Positions 13,260 through 33,774 of a stretch of DNA of 64,000 nucleotides are shown in pieces. Under the pieces are notes generated by a model, which did no database searches, was not told where the DNA came from, and worked only from the letters and a program-made list of their open reading frames with translations. The stretch's first letter is position 1. Every line of letters begins with the position of its first letter. This DNA comes from Eledone cirrhosa (lineage: Eukaryota): assembly GCA_964016885.1 (NCBI GenBank), contig OZ024741.1, positions 377,518,001 through 377,582,000 on the forward strand, given 5' to 3'. The position numbers and the translations under genes are program-made.

Positions 13260-14360
13260 TAACTTCCATCAGACCAGGTCCTTGGGTGGCTGATAGAGGA
13301 ATGACCTTCATAAATAAAGAATAGCTTCGGATATATTGAATAAACAATCCTGAACCATATTTTAGGTTGCTCTTTGGCAAAGCATACTACCTGGAAGTCA
13401 CTCGTGCAGGGTTATACAATGAACTATTTGGGTAGCAGGATTAGTGAAATGTGAACAACGATAAACAGCTGCCTCAGTGTTTAATTATTGTGCGTCTAGT
13501 GGAAACTGATCATCATTTCAACAGTATAGGAATTCGGTCTCCATCAGCGGGGTACTGCGCATGTGAGAATCCTGGCAAGTGATCATAGTATTCAAGCTAA
13601 TATAAACGATTGATGGTCCAAACAACATCTCCACGGTTGGAACCGATGATTTTTCTGTGCCTGTAAGGTCACTAAGAATGTTCAACTTCACCCTGTGCAT
13701 CTGATGTTCTAAAACCTACTGGACGTGCAATTTTGTGATGTCAGGACTTGTGGGCTTGTATCTCGACCAAAGAGAACATTCACCTCTATATTGCCGCTCA
13801 CTCGCATCCTACGTATACCGTGAGGAGCTCAACGATCACATCATCACCTATATTTGTATGCGCTCAAGAACAGCGATTGATGCAGACATGATCACCCAAA
13901 ACATCGGCAAGCTCACTCTATTTACTGCATCAACATGAAGATATCGGTGCTGTAAATGGTGGGACTACAAACACACCTTCCTCTGAATAGAAGGGTAACC
14001 TATGTCAATTACCGGATTGCCACAGCAGTATTCAAGGGAAATCCCCAACATATTGTTATGAGTTGTTATTCCCCACATTCACTAGTCGGAAATGGACGTA
14101 GGACAGTTTTACCATCAACTGAGTGTCACTGCCTCTAAAGTATGCCATGCGTATTATTTGAACAGCCTTCAAGAAGCAAATTAGAGGCACATGTTTATAC
14201 AACTAGAGTACTAACAGAAACGGCTCATTGCTGGAGGAGTTTCTACACCAACATAATCTCCTAGCCGGAAATACCACTTTCCAGATATCAAAACGGATAC
14301 TATGAACTTGGAGACACACAGCTCTGCATCTTTCCCAAATTGATTTTATCCTTTACAGGG
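13260..14360 (+). mobile_element. Degenerate LINE 5' part with AP-endonuclease remnant
   Basis: Frameshifted peptides RIATAVFKGNPQHIVMSCYSP and NRNGSLLEEFLTQHNLLAGNTTFQ...WRH...SQIDFIL, typical of RTE-type APE. The 5' boundary is uncertain. Confidence 0.6.
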
Positions 14361-14639
14361 ATCAGCATTCATGTTCTATATCTATTTTCTTTCAACTTGT
14401 AGCGTGATTAGGAGTGGGGTAAGACATTTTATCAGAAAAGCTGATGTTGTCAAAATTAGAGGAAATATTAGAAGTCCTACTACTGATGTTTTTAACGAAG
14501 TTTGTAAAGAACGTAGTAGGGTGACATGGAAGCTTCTGTATATAAGTTCACTTTTCATTAAATTTATGGAAAGGTGTGAATGTGTGTGTGCGAATGTCTA
14601 GAATGATGTCTAAATAATCTACGTTAAAGTCTTACTCTC

Positions 14640-15260
14640 CTCTTAAACACACGACCAGTAGAAAGAAAAATAGAATTACAAAATAATTTGGTTCTGCCAA
14701 CTCGTTTCGGTTTAGACCTAATGTAGGTAGGACATTATTGGTACTCCTAGACAAACACTAACATGTAGGAAATAAATAGAGAACTATCTTCAATAGACAT
14801 AGTGAAAATCGGATATACCTGTACTAAAACTATGAAAGTCCACATCACCACCATCCTCAAGGGCACTGCCACACTCGGATGCTCTTCCAGAAGACTAGAA
14901 GCATGCCCACTTCATCACAGTGTAACACACCAGGATTCGACCGAATTAACCGTTGGAAGTCAAAACTTATGTAGGTATATTGGAGGGCCGATTTAAAACA
15001 CGCTTCCTTAACAGATAGATGACCTTTAAACACTCAGATAAGTGATCGTCCACGAATCTGGCAAGCCACGTATGGTCACTCAATGCTGCAGACTTGAATT
15101 TCTCTATTTAAACGGAATTTCTAGCCAAACACAGGATAAACGGAAATAAATAGTGAGCTGTATGCTGTGCATTGATGAAAGAGAGAATGTCTTGCAAAGG
15201 TAAGATATAGTTCTTGCCGCAACGGAAAAGCTGACTTTTATAACAAGTCTCCCCACGTTG
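14640..15260 (+). mobile_element. Highly decayed PLE (Naiad-type) linker/GIY-YIG fragment
   Basis: Remnants RKNRITK..W, IFNRHIVKIGYTCTKTMK and TFKHSDK..STNLASHVWSL, similar to the PLE at 30-33 kb. Confidence 0.65.
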
Positions 15261-15518
15261 TAAAGTACCTGTTACGTAACTGGGAAGGCATGGGATAAAC
15301 ATAGGTCTAACCCGGGAAGAACTATCTCAAACGTAAATTGTCTCCCCACCAACAGTTTGAATTGAGTTGTCTCTCTGTCAGCAAACCGCCCTCATCTGCC
15401 AAGCAGAGTCCAGTCTGCTCATATATACATCCGTTCTCACAGCAGCCATTCAAAATTCGTCCGGTGAAACCAGCGTCCTCGAATATTTTTCATAATTTGT
15501 TGTAGAATGAACTCTTTC

Positions 15519-15610
<92 letters not shown>

Positions 15611-15619
15611 AATATATGT

Positions 15620-22483
<6,864 letters not shown>

Positions 22484-22495
22484 CTGTACACTAAC

Positions 22496-22699
22496 CTGGA
22501 CAGTACTACATAAAGAAATGTTGGAGTTTATAAAGTCATCTAACCATTTATAAATTAATGACAGGGTTTATTGAAAATCGTTCAGAAGAAAACTCTTTAT
22601 TGCATTTGCTGCAATCAGAAAAAAGGAACTCGTAACGTTGGCTAGAACCTTTTTATTTAGCAACAACTCCGTTGTGTGTTCAGATAATTTTAGAGCATC
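22496..22699 (-). pseudogene. Pseudo-exon (204 nt, phase 0/0) with one in-frame TAA
   Basis: gtAG | DALKLSEHTTELLLNKKVLANVTSSFFLIAANAIKSFLLNDFQ*TLSLIYKWLDDFINSNISLCSTVQ | GTtagt; TAA at 22570-22568. Confidence 0.6.
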
Positions 22700-23528
22700 C
22701 TACATCTTGAAATTCAATTAGAAGATAGCTAGCTGTGTACACGATAGTTCCACTTAACTCATTATTTTAAACAACAGTTTTGAAATGTATTTTAAGATAC
22801 ATTTTAACGCCTTGTGAAACATCAAAGCATTATATTGCTTGGTAAACCCACAGTGCAAAAGTAGAAGAAAAAAAATTAACACAACTTAAAATTCCAAACG
22901 CTTATCGAAAATTTCGTAAAATGTTTTTAGTGCTTTAAAGGATGTTTTAACAATTTCCTGTTTAAAACATAATTGCGTATAAATGAACTGCATGTTACTC
23001 TCAGTAAAACCGATTTCTGTCCTTTATACGAACTATTCTGATTAAATTAGAGTGAATACTTTGAAAAAAAAGGGGAAAAAATTCTCAATTATTGTTGCAA
23101 ACCATTTTTCAAATATATCAATTTAGATTTTAATTGTTGTTTATAATTTAGATTAAGACGTTTCTGTTAGCTTCGATTCTCACTTATTTTTCTAATTTGG
23201 GAGAAGTTTGATCTTGCTTTCGCACAGAATAATGACATAAAAATAATTGGCAATACTTAATATTTGATGTTTTTTCAGTGATTATCTTTCAATATATTTC
23301 TTCATTATTTTCAGCGATAATTAATCAGTGAAATATTGGGAGGAAAAAATGGGAGTATGAGAGCAAAAACACTTTGTTATAACAAATTCTGAATTCGTGC
23401 TAATATCAAACAGCACAACTTAAAAAATTATATATATATAAATATTTATATATAGAGAGAGAAAGAGGGAGAAGCAGTAGTGGTAGTAGTATTATGATTA
23501 TTATTATTATTATTATTATTATTAGTAA

Positions 23529-23592
<64 letters not shown>

Positions 23593-24038
23593 TGTAGTAG
23601 TAAGGGAGGAGTAGGATGGGTGGGAGAAGAAATATGAAGAAGGGCATAGAAAGGACACGATTCTTAAAATGGCTGCAAGCGAAAGGATATGGAACACATA
23701 TTTCCTGTCGTTTCCAAGTCATAAAGCCTAATAAAGAGATCTTATACAATACACTTCTTCTTGAAGTTATGCGTCAATAAGAATATATGCGTCACTCAGC
23801 ACATGGCCAACCAAAAGGAAGATTTCGATATACCCCACTATCACACGTCACTGCGGAAATGTTCATAAAAATAATTCCTCGAAGACGTTAAAAACATTGC
23901 ACGCTGGACATCTACCCCATTCTCGACACGAACATATGCATACCGGAATACGCGTTGTAGTATATCCAAGGTTCCAAATGCAGCAACACGATCCAATCAT
24001 TACACATCATATTTAAACGAGACCAATTACGAAGGATT

Positions 24039-24215
24039 GGCAGTATCGGTAGAGGGTCGGACGCCATTCTGAGTTCAAATCCCGCCAAGGTTAACTTTGC
24101 CTTTCATCCTTACGGGGTCGATAAAATAAAGTATCAGTAACGTACTGGGGTCGATGTAATCGACTTGCTCTCTCTCCCCAAATTACTGGCCTTGTGCCTA
24201 TAGTAGAAATCATTA
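24039..24215 (+). mobile_element. tRNA-derived SINE (cephalopod type)
   Basis: ggcagtatcggtag...gagttcaaatcccgcc (B box), then body ctttgcctttcatccttacggggtcgataaaataaagtatcag...ctggggtcgatgtaatcgact and an ATT-type tail. Confidence 0.75.
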
Positions 24216-24727
24216 TTAAACGATACCTAAAACAGATGTGCCATCGTCTTCAAAAACACAAGTAAGTCCATTACATGTATCAGCATATAGGCCCACTCCG
24301 AATCAAGAGATTTATTCTCATGATGGAATCCAAACCCAAGATCAACAATGGACTAAACGGAATCTATCAGTGGCTATTAAAAAGAGATTTACCAGTACAT
24401 TTCATCAAAATATCTACAACAGTTTAAAACCATCGCTCAGGAAATTAATGCACCGCACACCCTACCTCCCGATATCATCCAACAATAAATGCAAATCAGC
24501 CACTACAGAAGGCAGAAACATTCATATTTCCTTTTTTTTTCACTTCCTGCACCCTGTCACAACCCAGCACCTAGAATTCTTTGATCTCTTCCCCTCAGAT
24601 CCCTTTTATACAACTAATTTTCGCAAAATCAACACTATTAATAGAAAGAAAAATAACTATCCAAACACTCCTATAACATGATTGATGTTAGATTTTATTA
24701 ATTTGCTGGTGCTGCTGCTACTGCTGT

Positions 24728-24800
<73 letters not shown>

Positions 24801-25377
24801 GCTTATGACGATGATGATTATGTTTTGTTATTGCTGCCGCATCCAATTTTCTCGCCAGTGTTCCTTCATCTTCTCACCTATGGTTCTGGCTGCCTCCCCT
24901 ATATATGACGTTGTAGTGTTTCTGAATTGCTGCTCTGTTCAACTCTTAAGTTGTATATTGAATAATATACGAATTTTCCGTGTACATATACATTTTTACA
25001 TAATATTAGAAGTGGTTAATTTCATTAATGGGCTTTAACTTCCAAGAAAGTGCACCATCACTGCCGTTTCTGACTTATTAACAGTTTTCAACGGGACTTA
25101 GATACAAAGACCAATTGAATGGAGAAATTCACGTATGCATCATTAAGTGATTAACGTAGTGATTCTTTAAACCAGCCATCTGACATACATAGATATGCAT
25201 TGAACTTCAGCTGTTGATTCAGTCGAGTGTATGTAACTTTAGCCTCAGAGACGACTGCGGGTAGTTTACAACGGTACAACCAAATATTTAACCCGCAATA
25301 AACTAACTCAAACGAAAATTGTCTCCTTTGCAACAGTCTAATTTGAGTTGTCTCAACAAACTACCATTGTAAACTAC

Positions 25378-25629
25378 CTCTTCGTTTGGAGTCGGAATTT
25401 CCAGAAAACCTGTGATAAATCCGTGTCACATTCACTATTCTGAAATGTCCACGTTTCTAAGATGGATGGTTTATTTTTTGTTTCATTGTTGCTTTGCTTT
25501 TTCCAATGTTTAATGTCAGCGATTCGGGATTCGATTATCACTAATTCCTCCACAGCCAGTGGAGCAGGCGGACTATTGTTAGACAAAACCTCATTGGCTG
25601 ATGGCTGTCCAGGTTCAGACGAGTAGTAT
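25378..25629 (-). pseudogene. Candidate exon (252 nt, phase 2/2, open) of the host gene
   Basis: ctgcctttcAG | YYSSEPGQPSANEVLSNNSPPAPLAVEELVIIESRIADIKHWKKQ...SQVFWKFRLQTK | GTagtt. It lies within ORF 25374..25691 and has non-TE-like composition. Confidence 0.6.
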
Positions 25630-26571
25630 CTGAAAGGCAGTGTGAAATATTTATAATATACAGAGCCTGATATCCCCTGATAAGTATCCAAACGCTAAAT
25701 ATGAGTCTTTCATAGGATGCCCCCATATTAGATGCCACAATATCTAAAATATATGTAGATTCTTGGAAATAAAAGCATACAGTATAATTAGCTTTAGTAT
25801 TTTCAAGATTTATAAAAATAAGGTTGATCAACTCAAAATTGAAACAAGTTGAATTACAAATGACATGGCGACAAGGTTATTTCACACAAATAGAAAATAA
25901 CAAACCACTGTAGGCTAACGTAGGCAAATTATAAAATGAAAATTTATATATAATTTGTATTTTTTAAATATATAGTTTTATATCTTAATTGAAGTATATA
26001 AACATACAGAAAATGGGAGCATTATTGGAAAGGATTATACATGCCATAATGAGTGGAAAAGAAGGGAAGAGCAAGGGCTACTAGACAAAGTAAGAAAGAA
26101 ATACTTTTTTTGTAGTTTGATATATTACCATTAATATATTTGCCTGATTTTGATCACAAAAGAAATATTCATAAATAATTGAACTTAATATTATAAGAAA
26201 TTAAATGTATTCAATAACAACATCATCATAATATACGTTCATACTGTTATCCAATTAGATAAACAACTAGGCATGCGATTTAAAGAAATGATATACATAA
26301 TCTATGTTTTACATATCACAATTATAGAATAAGTGGTCTCAGCTGCAGAACAAACACAGAATTATATGCAATTTGTAAAGATTGGAAATTTAAAACGCTG
26401 CTCAGGTGTAGTTCGAAGAAATCATCAATGCCATTTTTTTTTACTAGTTTGATATTAAACAAAACAAGTATATACAGTGACAGATGCACATTCATCGACA
26501 TGCACAGGTACACACACACCTACACACCCACACACGTACATACACACACACACACGCATACTCACATACAC

Positions 26572-26612
<41 letters not shown>

Positions 26613-26688
26613 CACACACACACACACACACACGGATAAATATCGTTTTTCGAAATATTTACTTTTGCGTCCACAGATTGATTTTTTT

Positions 26689-26739
26689 AGTTTCTGAAGA
26701 TCCCGCTAAGGGTGAAAGCAGCGATTCTTTGATTAAACT
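26689..26739 (+). ncRNA. Type I hammerhead ribozyme (family also at 53009-53059; 3' half at 55312-55341)
   Basis: Consensus AGTTT-CTGAAGA-tCCCnntaaGGGt-GAA-AGCA gcgattctt TGCT-T-AAACT. This copy has a helix III mismatch, the 53.0 kb copy has CAGAAGA, and the 55.3 kb copy lost its 5' half. Confidence 0.7.
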
Positions 26740-27105
26740 TTAATCTATTCTTATGATATAAATATATATATATATAAATATATATATCAATGATATTAAT
26801 AAATGGAAACTATATTTATATTTATAAATATCCCTTTTCTTATATATATGTATATGTATAGCATTTTAAAGGGTCCGTCGTGCTGCCGATTATAGAGTCG
26901 GGTAAGATGGATACAGTCGAATCTTGAGCTGATCAGAGGCGAAAGTGCGTCACCTACCAATAAATGTAATGAAGGAGTAGCCAATCGTCCTTGTTATCCT
27001 TTCAATATATTACACTCTGTATAGCTCTACAGCTCATCACAGAAGTGAACCTAAACATCGAGTGCTCTCCTGGATGAACCTGCAGTAACTCCAAGTTACG
27101 CTCAC

Positions 27106-27191
<86 letters not shown>

Positions 27192-27223
27192 CATATATGT
27201 ATGTATGTTTGTATATATATATA

Positions 27224-27321
<98 letters not shown>

Positions 27322-27329
27322 TGTGTGTG

Positions 27330-27810
27330 CAAAGGAGCCGCAGTTTTCCAGCGGCTGTGCCCAGTCTGGTCGTCTTCATGCATTAGCACCAATACCAAAT
27401 TCTGCCTGTACAAGAGCGTCGTGCTGCCAACAGTGCTTTATGTTAGCAAGACCTGGAAGAGTACGGCAAAAATAGAGAGGCGGCTGAACGCGTTCAACCA
27501 GCAGTGCGAGCGAAACATCCTTCGTGAGTCCGGGCGCGACCGAGTGCGAAACAAGGAGATCCTGCGGAGAGCCGAGTCGTGAACGCTACAGCGGGGGGTC
27601 ACGGAGCGTCGGTGCCGTCTGGCTGGCCATATTCTGCGTCTGCCAAATGAACGGCATTCGAAAGCACACGATGAACTGGACTCTGCCTGGCTGTAAACGG
27701 AGGCGGGGTTGCCCAAGGATTACCTGGCGGCGAACGTTCATGCAGGAATTGATGGCAGCCAACATCACGTGGCACCGTCTCGAAAATGTTGCCGCTGATC
27801 TTGAGGGTGT
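27330..27810 (+). mobile_element. RTE LINE 3' fragment, interrupted by a PLE at ~27811
   Basis: [25 protein letters not shown]...[15 protein letters not shown] and GCKRRRGCPRITWRRTF. Confidence 0.85.
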
Positions 27811-29910
27811 TTAGCGACCTTCACGGTGGAATCTACAGATACGACGCCCTTTTCCTAGTTAATAACCTAAATAACCAGAGCATAGAAAGACTGCATAAGA
27901 ATATTAGAAAAACTATCGGGAAACTGGGCCTTAGCATAACGTATGAATATAGCACTAAAATAGTTAACTTTCTAGACGCGACGCTTAACCTAAATACGGG
28001 ACTTATAAGACCTTTTCACAAGATTAATGAACACTTAGCATACATCAACTGTAATTCGAACCACCCACTATCCATAATTAAATCCGCTCCGGGCAGCATA
28101 TCCCTTAGGATCTCCCCACCCTCGTCTAACCAAAAACTCTTCGAGGAACATGCAGTGTACTACAATGCCGTACTAAACAAGGCAGGCCACTTAGATAGAG
28201 TAGAATATATAGATGAACGCCTCCGCAAAGCACACACGAACACGCATAACACAAACTCCAGAAACACAAGCACACAGACATTGACTAATTGAAATACAAA
28301 TTATAATGAAAATAGAAATAAAACATCGAAATCAAATAGGTCACGCAGTAGAAAATATATTTGGCATAACCCCATATTTAATACCTCTATTAGTGCTAAC
28401 CTACGCTCTACCTTCTTTAGAATAATAAATAAGTACTTTCCAGATTCACATAGATACAGCAAAATCCTTAACACTAAATCTATTAGACTATCTTACTCCA
28501 CGGCACCAAACATAGAGGCACACATTGAGATGCTTAACGCTAAAAAGATACGTAACAACACCAGAACACAATTTTATAACAATAACAATACAATTACCAT
28601 TGAACACAACAGAATATCTAATACATAACCACCCACTAATAGGCAACACGACGTAACACACTTGTACAGGCATCGCAGACCACTAATAATGCCAAGGTTG
28701 CCCATCACAAGAATTGTAATTGCCACCTACCTGAACCATTACACCGTTACGCAATGAAACATTCCCAGCATCGTTATGTAACTACCCTTGCGAACAAGAC
28801 CTGGCAATTGAGGGAAAGTAACAATCAATACACCCTGAACTGGAAACAATTATCGAACGCGCCCCCATATCGGAGTGGTATGAGAAGCTGTCAATTATGC
28901 GACCTTGAGCTGTTCCACATTTTGAGTTCGAAGAATAAGTTACTCAACAATAAAATCGAAAGTTCGATTTATTGTAACCATAGACTCATAGAAAAGTTTT
29001 CGCACTACACATGCAAATCGAACGCTTAACCTCTTACTACCACCTGACAAACTGCATATACTTAGATTTTCTACCCTCTTATTGTATACAACCCCTTTAA
29101 TTACCCACACAAACCAATACCTATATCCCTCCCTTATCCTTCATTCATTTTCTATATCTTTTCGTTTTCTTCCTTTCTTCTCTCTCCTTTTCTAATGTTT
29201 TTTTCTTTTCTTCTTTCCCCTCCCCCTTCTTTATTTTATTTATTTATTTATTATATATATATAAATATATATATGTATATATTTATATATATATATATAT
29301 ATATATTTATCTCTCTATCTCTCCCCATCTAACTCTCTTTCTCTATCTCTCTCTCTATCCCTCCCACTATAAACACTTTAATTCTCTTTAACTCACTACA
29401 CTCTAAATCGACGACATCATGTCTACATATATCAAAACTGATCAAATATTCCTTCCACCTATACCCCTCCCTCCATCTCAGTTTTTCACCATACTTCCTA
29501 ATTCTTCTCCCCCTTCCTATCTATCTATACTACTCCCTTTGTCCCTCCACTTTCTAATTCCTCTTCCTCTCTCTCTATACTAGCAAATACAATTTTTTAA
29601 AATGCCTTTCTCTATATATTAAGAACTTGTTAAGAGTAACTAATTCACTATTTTGAAAATTTAGACGTGTACAACAATTATTATTGAGTGGCTGCTATTT
29701 GCACTATAGCAATATAAGGTTGCACTTACCAATGAAACGGTCGTAAATACCTGGATAAAATCCTTTTTTTTAATGCTTATCTGTGTTTTCTCTTTTATCC
29801 TTTACACTCCAAGATTGAACGTGATTCTTACAAACTTGTTGAGTTACCCCTAACCGTACGTCTCAACCACGAACTGGATTACAATAAACAATTTTCTGTT
29901 TCTCTAACTA
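27811..29910 (+). mobile_element. 5'-truncated Naiad-type PLE (RT C-terminus, GIY-YIG C-terminus, 3' UTR/pLTR)
   Basis: GGIYRYDAL (GLYRDD-like), VNFLDATLNL, SNHPLSI, RKYIWHNP, TLANKTWQLRE...CQLCDLE...LLN...YCNHR. Confidence 0.85.
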
Positions 29911-30029
29911 TATATATATATATAATTATATCGAAACAGCTTGGTATATAATATATAATGTTCCTATGGCTATCACACTCTCCTACCCCCCACTCTCGCT
30001 ATGTTACTCTCTCTCCCTCCCTCTCTCTT

Positions 30030-30061
<32 letters not shown>

Positions 30062-30127
30062 GTAGTGGAACACTGGAAAGTAATATCCGTAGTGGTAGAG
30101 CACTCAGTCCAAGGGACGAGTTAGGTA

Positions 30128-33029
30128 GAAGTGGTTACACAACAGTTAGCTCACCATACCGAGAACAATTGTTTTACCATAGCAGATCTTCAGCTCGGTA
30201 TGGACATGGTTATAGGAAGAGGAAGGACAACCGTATGAACGCGCATGCGCAGAAACCCGGTCACTTCACACAGGCAATACTAGACTGTGTGCAAGAGGTG
30301 TAAGGTAGATAACTGCAAAAGTCCGAATAGTTTTTAGGTTGAAAATAAAATTACAAAGAATCAGTCCGGAGCCTTGTAGCCATGCAATAGGTATTTGGCG
30401 ACGTGTGGACAATGTGTGAAAAATTCACTTCTCGGGTTTAGGCAATCACTATTGCGTAATCTCTTTAGAATAGTTATTCGTTCGTCAATACATAAGCTGC
30501 ACGTCGGATTTCTCCTTGTGTATGGCTTGGACATAGTGATGGCTTTCCATTGAATTGAGTAGTCTATACATGAGTCCTTGAGGGACCATACTTGGCTCGC
30601 GAGTTTCGTGGATGAACGTCTGTCCGGGTATCTGAAGGTAGACTGGTGGTTCAGCAAACGTTCCTTGAATCGGCCTTGAATCTGGTTTACGGCAAGGGCA
30701 CTCTGGTGGGGTGTTGTTCCTAGGGCTGCTGGTGATGTGGCCCTTCGTGTTCTTAGCGCAGGTGTATCCTAGTTTAACTTTGTGTCGGTTAAAGATGGAG
30801 GAGTATTTATGACCTATGGGGAAGAGTCTATCTAAGAGGGCTAGACATTGTTTTTCTACATTGGTTTTAACGTTGTGTGAGAAGGGAGGCGAGAACCAGA
30901 TAGATTGTCTATTGTTGCACTTACTTTTCTTAATGGTGTAGTTACTAGTGGGAGAGTAAATGATAGGTTGTGAGAAGCCGCTGTTAGCCAACGCCATGTT
31001 ATAGTAGGATGCCGCCCTGTCAAAGATAGCCTTATTAGAGGAGAGGTTTGAGATTCTAGTACTGATATTCTTAACGAAGTTTCTAAAAACAGTGGGAGGG
31101 TGGCACGAGTACTTGTGAATGAAATTAAGTTTCTCGTTCAGCTTATGGAATGGTCTGTGGGTGGGTGTGCGAAGGTCTAAATTAATGTTTAAAAAATCTA
31201 TGCTAGAGAAGTTGGTGGCTACTGTTATCCTAAGACCTAACTCATTGAAGGTAGAAGCTAAGTCATTTTTAAACTGGTCGACGACGTGACCACTTTTCTG
31301 GCTCGATAAAGTCAGTTCATCGTCATGGTATATTCCTGTGTGGAAGTCGGGGAGTCTAACACGTAATATGTCTAAGATAAAAAGGCCAACCAATTCACAT
31401 ACGTCAGTACTGTCAAACGATCCCATGGAGACGTCGAACAGGTCTGAAGATGTAGACTTCTTTGCCTAGGCTTCTCCGTCGTTGAAGAGGAGGTATTTCC
31501 GGCAGTGAGCAATGATTTCCTTCTCTAGACCATCGACGGTGGTATAAGCAGTAGCGAAGTCCAACGCTTTGTTTAACAGGGTCTCTGAGATCGACGGGTA
31601 AAAATCGACAATGTCAAACTGGGTCAACTTCGCTTTTTTTGGATTTTAAGGAGTTAAACTACTTTATAATGGAGTCGCTGTTCTCCCACTGGGTCAGGTT
31701 GGACTTGGTCCTAAAGGTCTTAACTATGTTTCTAAGTATGGCCTTACTGACTAGTCTGGACTTCGCTACCACTTATACCACCCTCGATGGTTTAAACAGA
31801 GAAATCCTCGCTCACTGCCGGAAAACCCCCCTCTTGAACGACGGAGTAGCCTGGGCAAAGAAGTCTACACCTTCAGACCTGTTCGACGTCTCCATGGGAT
31901 CGTTTGACAGTGCTGACGTATCTGACTTGGTTGGCCTTTTTATCTTAGACATATTACGTGTTAGATTCCCGGAATTCCACACGGGAATATACCCTGACGA
32001 TGGACTGACTTTATCGAGCCATACAAGTGGTCAAGGCCTTGAACGGTTTAAAAAATAAAATTAGCTTCTACCTTCAATGAGTTAGGTCTGAGGATAACAG
32101 TAGCCACCAACCTCTCTAGCGTAGATTTCTAAGAGATTAATTTAGACCTTCGCACACACACCCACAGACCCTTCCATAAGCTAAACGAGAGACTTAATTA
32201 TATTCACAAAGACTCATGCCACCCTCCCACTGTTTTTAGAAACTTCGTTAAGATTATCAGTACTAGAATCTTAAACCTCTCCTCTAATAAGGCTATCTTT
32301 GACAGGGCGGCACCCAACTATAACACGGCGTCGGCTAACAGCGGCTTCTCACAACCTATCACTTACTCTCCTACTAGCAACAACACCATTACTCAGCGTT
32401 AAAACCAATGTAGGAAAAACATTTCTAGCCCTCTTAGATAGGCACTTCCTCATAGTTCATAAATACCGTGTGGAGATGGCGGAGGGCCGATTCAAGAAGT
32501 GTTTCCTGAACCACCAGTCTACCTTCAGATACCCGGACAGACGTTCATCCACGAAACACGCGAAACACGTATGGTCCCTCAAGGACTCAAGTATAGACTA
32601 CTCCATTCAACGGAAAGCCATCACTAAGTCCAAGCCATACGCAAGGGGAAAACCGTCGTGTGGATTGTGTATTGACGAACGAATAACTATTCTAAAGAGA
32701 TTACGCAATAGTAATTGCCTTAATATGAGTAGTGAATTTTTTACGCGTTGTCCACACGTCGCCAAACACCTATTGTATAACTACAAGGCTCCGAACTGAT
32801 TCTTTGTAATTTTATTTTCAACATAAAAACTTTTCGGACTTTTGCAGTTATCTCCCTTACACCTCTCGCTCGCAGTCTAGTATTACCTGTTTGAAGTGAC
32901 CGTCTTTCTGCGCATGCGTGTTCGTAGGGTTGTCCTTCCTCTTCTTATAACCATGCCCATTCCGAACTGAAGATCCGCTATGGTGAAACAATTGTTCTCG
33001 GTATGGTGAACTAACTGTTGTGTAACCAC

Positions 33030-33032
<3 letters not shown>
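30128..33032. mobile_element. Naiad-type PLE as a head-to-head inverted pair (minus arm ~31750-30128, plus arm ~31757-33032)
   Basis: FDIVDFYPSI, MGSFDSTDVCELVGLFIL, GIYHDDE/GIYPDDG, WFSPPFS, CSLCIDE...CPH. The arms are reverse complements with internal deletions in the right arm. HHRs lie near both outer ends. Confidence 0.9.
32962..33001 (+). ncRNA. Minimal type I hammerhead in pLTR (mirror copy 30157-30200 on minus)
   Basis: CCGAA-CTGAAGA-tCCgctatGGt-GAA-ACAATTGT-T-CTCGG. The mirror copy has a perfect helix I (TACCGAG/CTCGGTA) but GAAA is mutated to AAAA. Confidence 0.75.
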
Positions 33033-33066
<34 letters not shown>

Positions 33067-33122
33067 TATATATAATTATACGATATATTAACAAATTGAA
33101 ACTATACTTATAAAACCATATT

Positions 33123-33187
33123 TATTTCATTATACATATTTCAAGGACACCAAATTAAATTATGGTGTGCTTTGATCAGATAAACTA
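33123..33187 (-). ncRNA. Degenerate hammerhead in a solo pLTR remnant related to 36879/41196
   Basis: TAGTTTAT-CTGATCA-AAG cacacca...tggtgtc CTT-GAAA-TATGTA-TA-ATGAAATA; flanks match 36850-36890. Confidence 0.55.
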
Positions 33188-33774
33188 TAATAAATATTAA
33201 CATACCCTTAAAGAATGCGACCATTTCTTTTGGAAGCTCCCGCCTAATTTGCATTTTGAGTGAGTAAGTCGGCCGCGTGTTCCGAAAACGATAAATGGAA
33301 AAAATGAAATTTCATTTCATTTACAAACAAACCGAGCAATATAATAAATGTTCGGTAAACCCATACGTACATATATGTATGTGTGCATGTATGTATGTAT
33401 GTACATACTACTGTACGTCTGTATACATATATGTATGTACTTATATATACTTATATTTCAGTATCAGCCGTACTAAGAGTGAGAAATGAAATTTCATTTT
33501 TTTCCATTTATCGTTTTCGGTACATCCAGCCGACTAACTCACTCAATATGCAAATTAGGCTACCTAGCCGTAAATATGCATAAGGAAAGTATATATTTTC
33601 AAACGTTCAATCTACTGAGAGGAAGGTATACAGTGCTGATGACCACTAATAAGCTAGAAAATAGTTCATCGTTCCTTTGTCCGTGTTGAACAGAAGGGCA
33701 ACGATGGTTGCCGAACATTGTACGGCTACTAATTCGGGCTGTTTGTTTACAAACAAACCGAGCCTTATAATAAA

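Noticed and set aside
24682-25038. Leu-rich signal-peptide-like ORF; also the poly-Thr/Tyr ORFs at 23446-23749
   Set aside because: They arise from (CTA)n/(TAG)n trinucleotide repeats.
29677-29749. HHR remnant in the 3' UTR of the 27.8 kb PLE (GAAA-CGGTCG-TA-AATA); likewise the half site GAAA-CTCGAG-TC at 55007-55022
   Set aside because: The CTGANGA half is unrecognisable or absent. These are plausible relics but not supportable as ribozymes.
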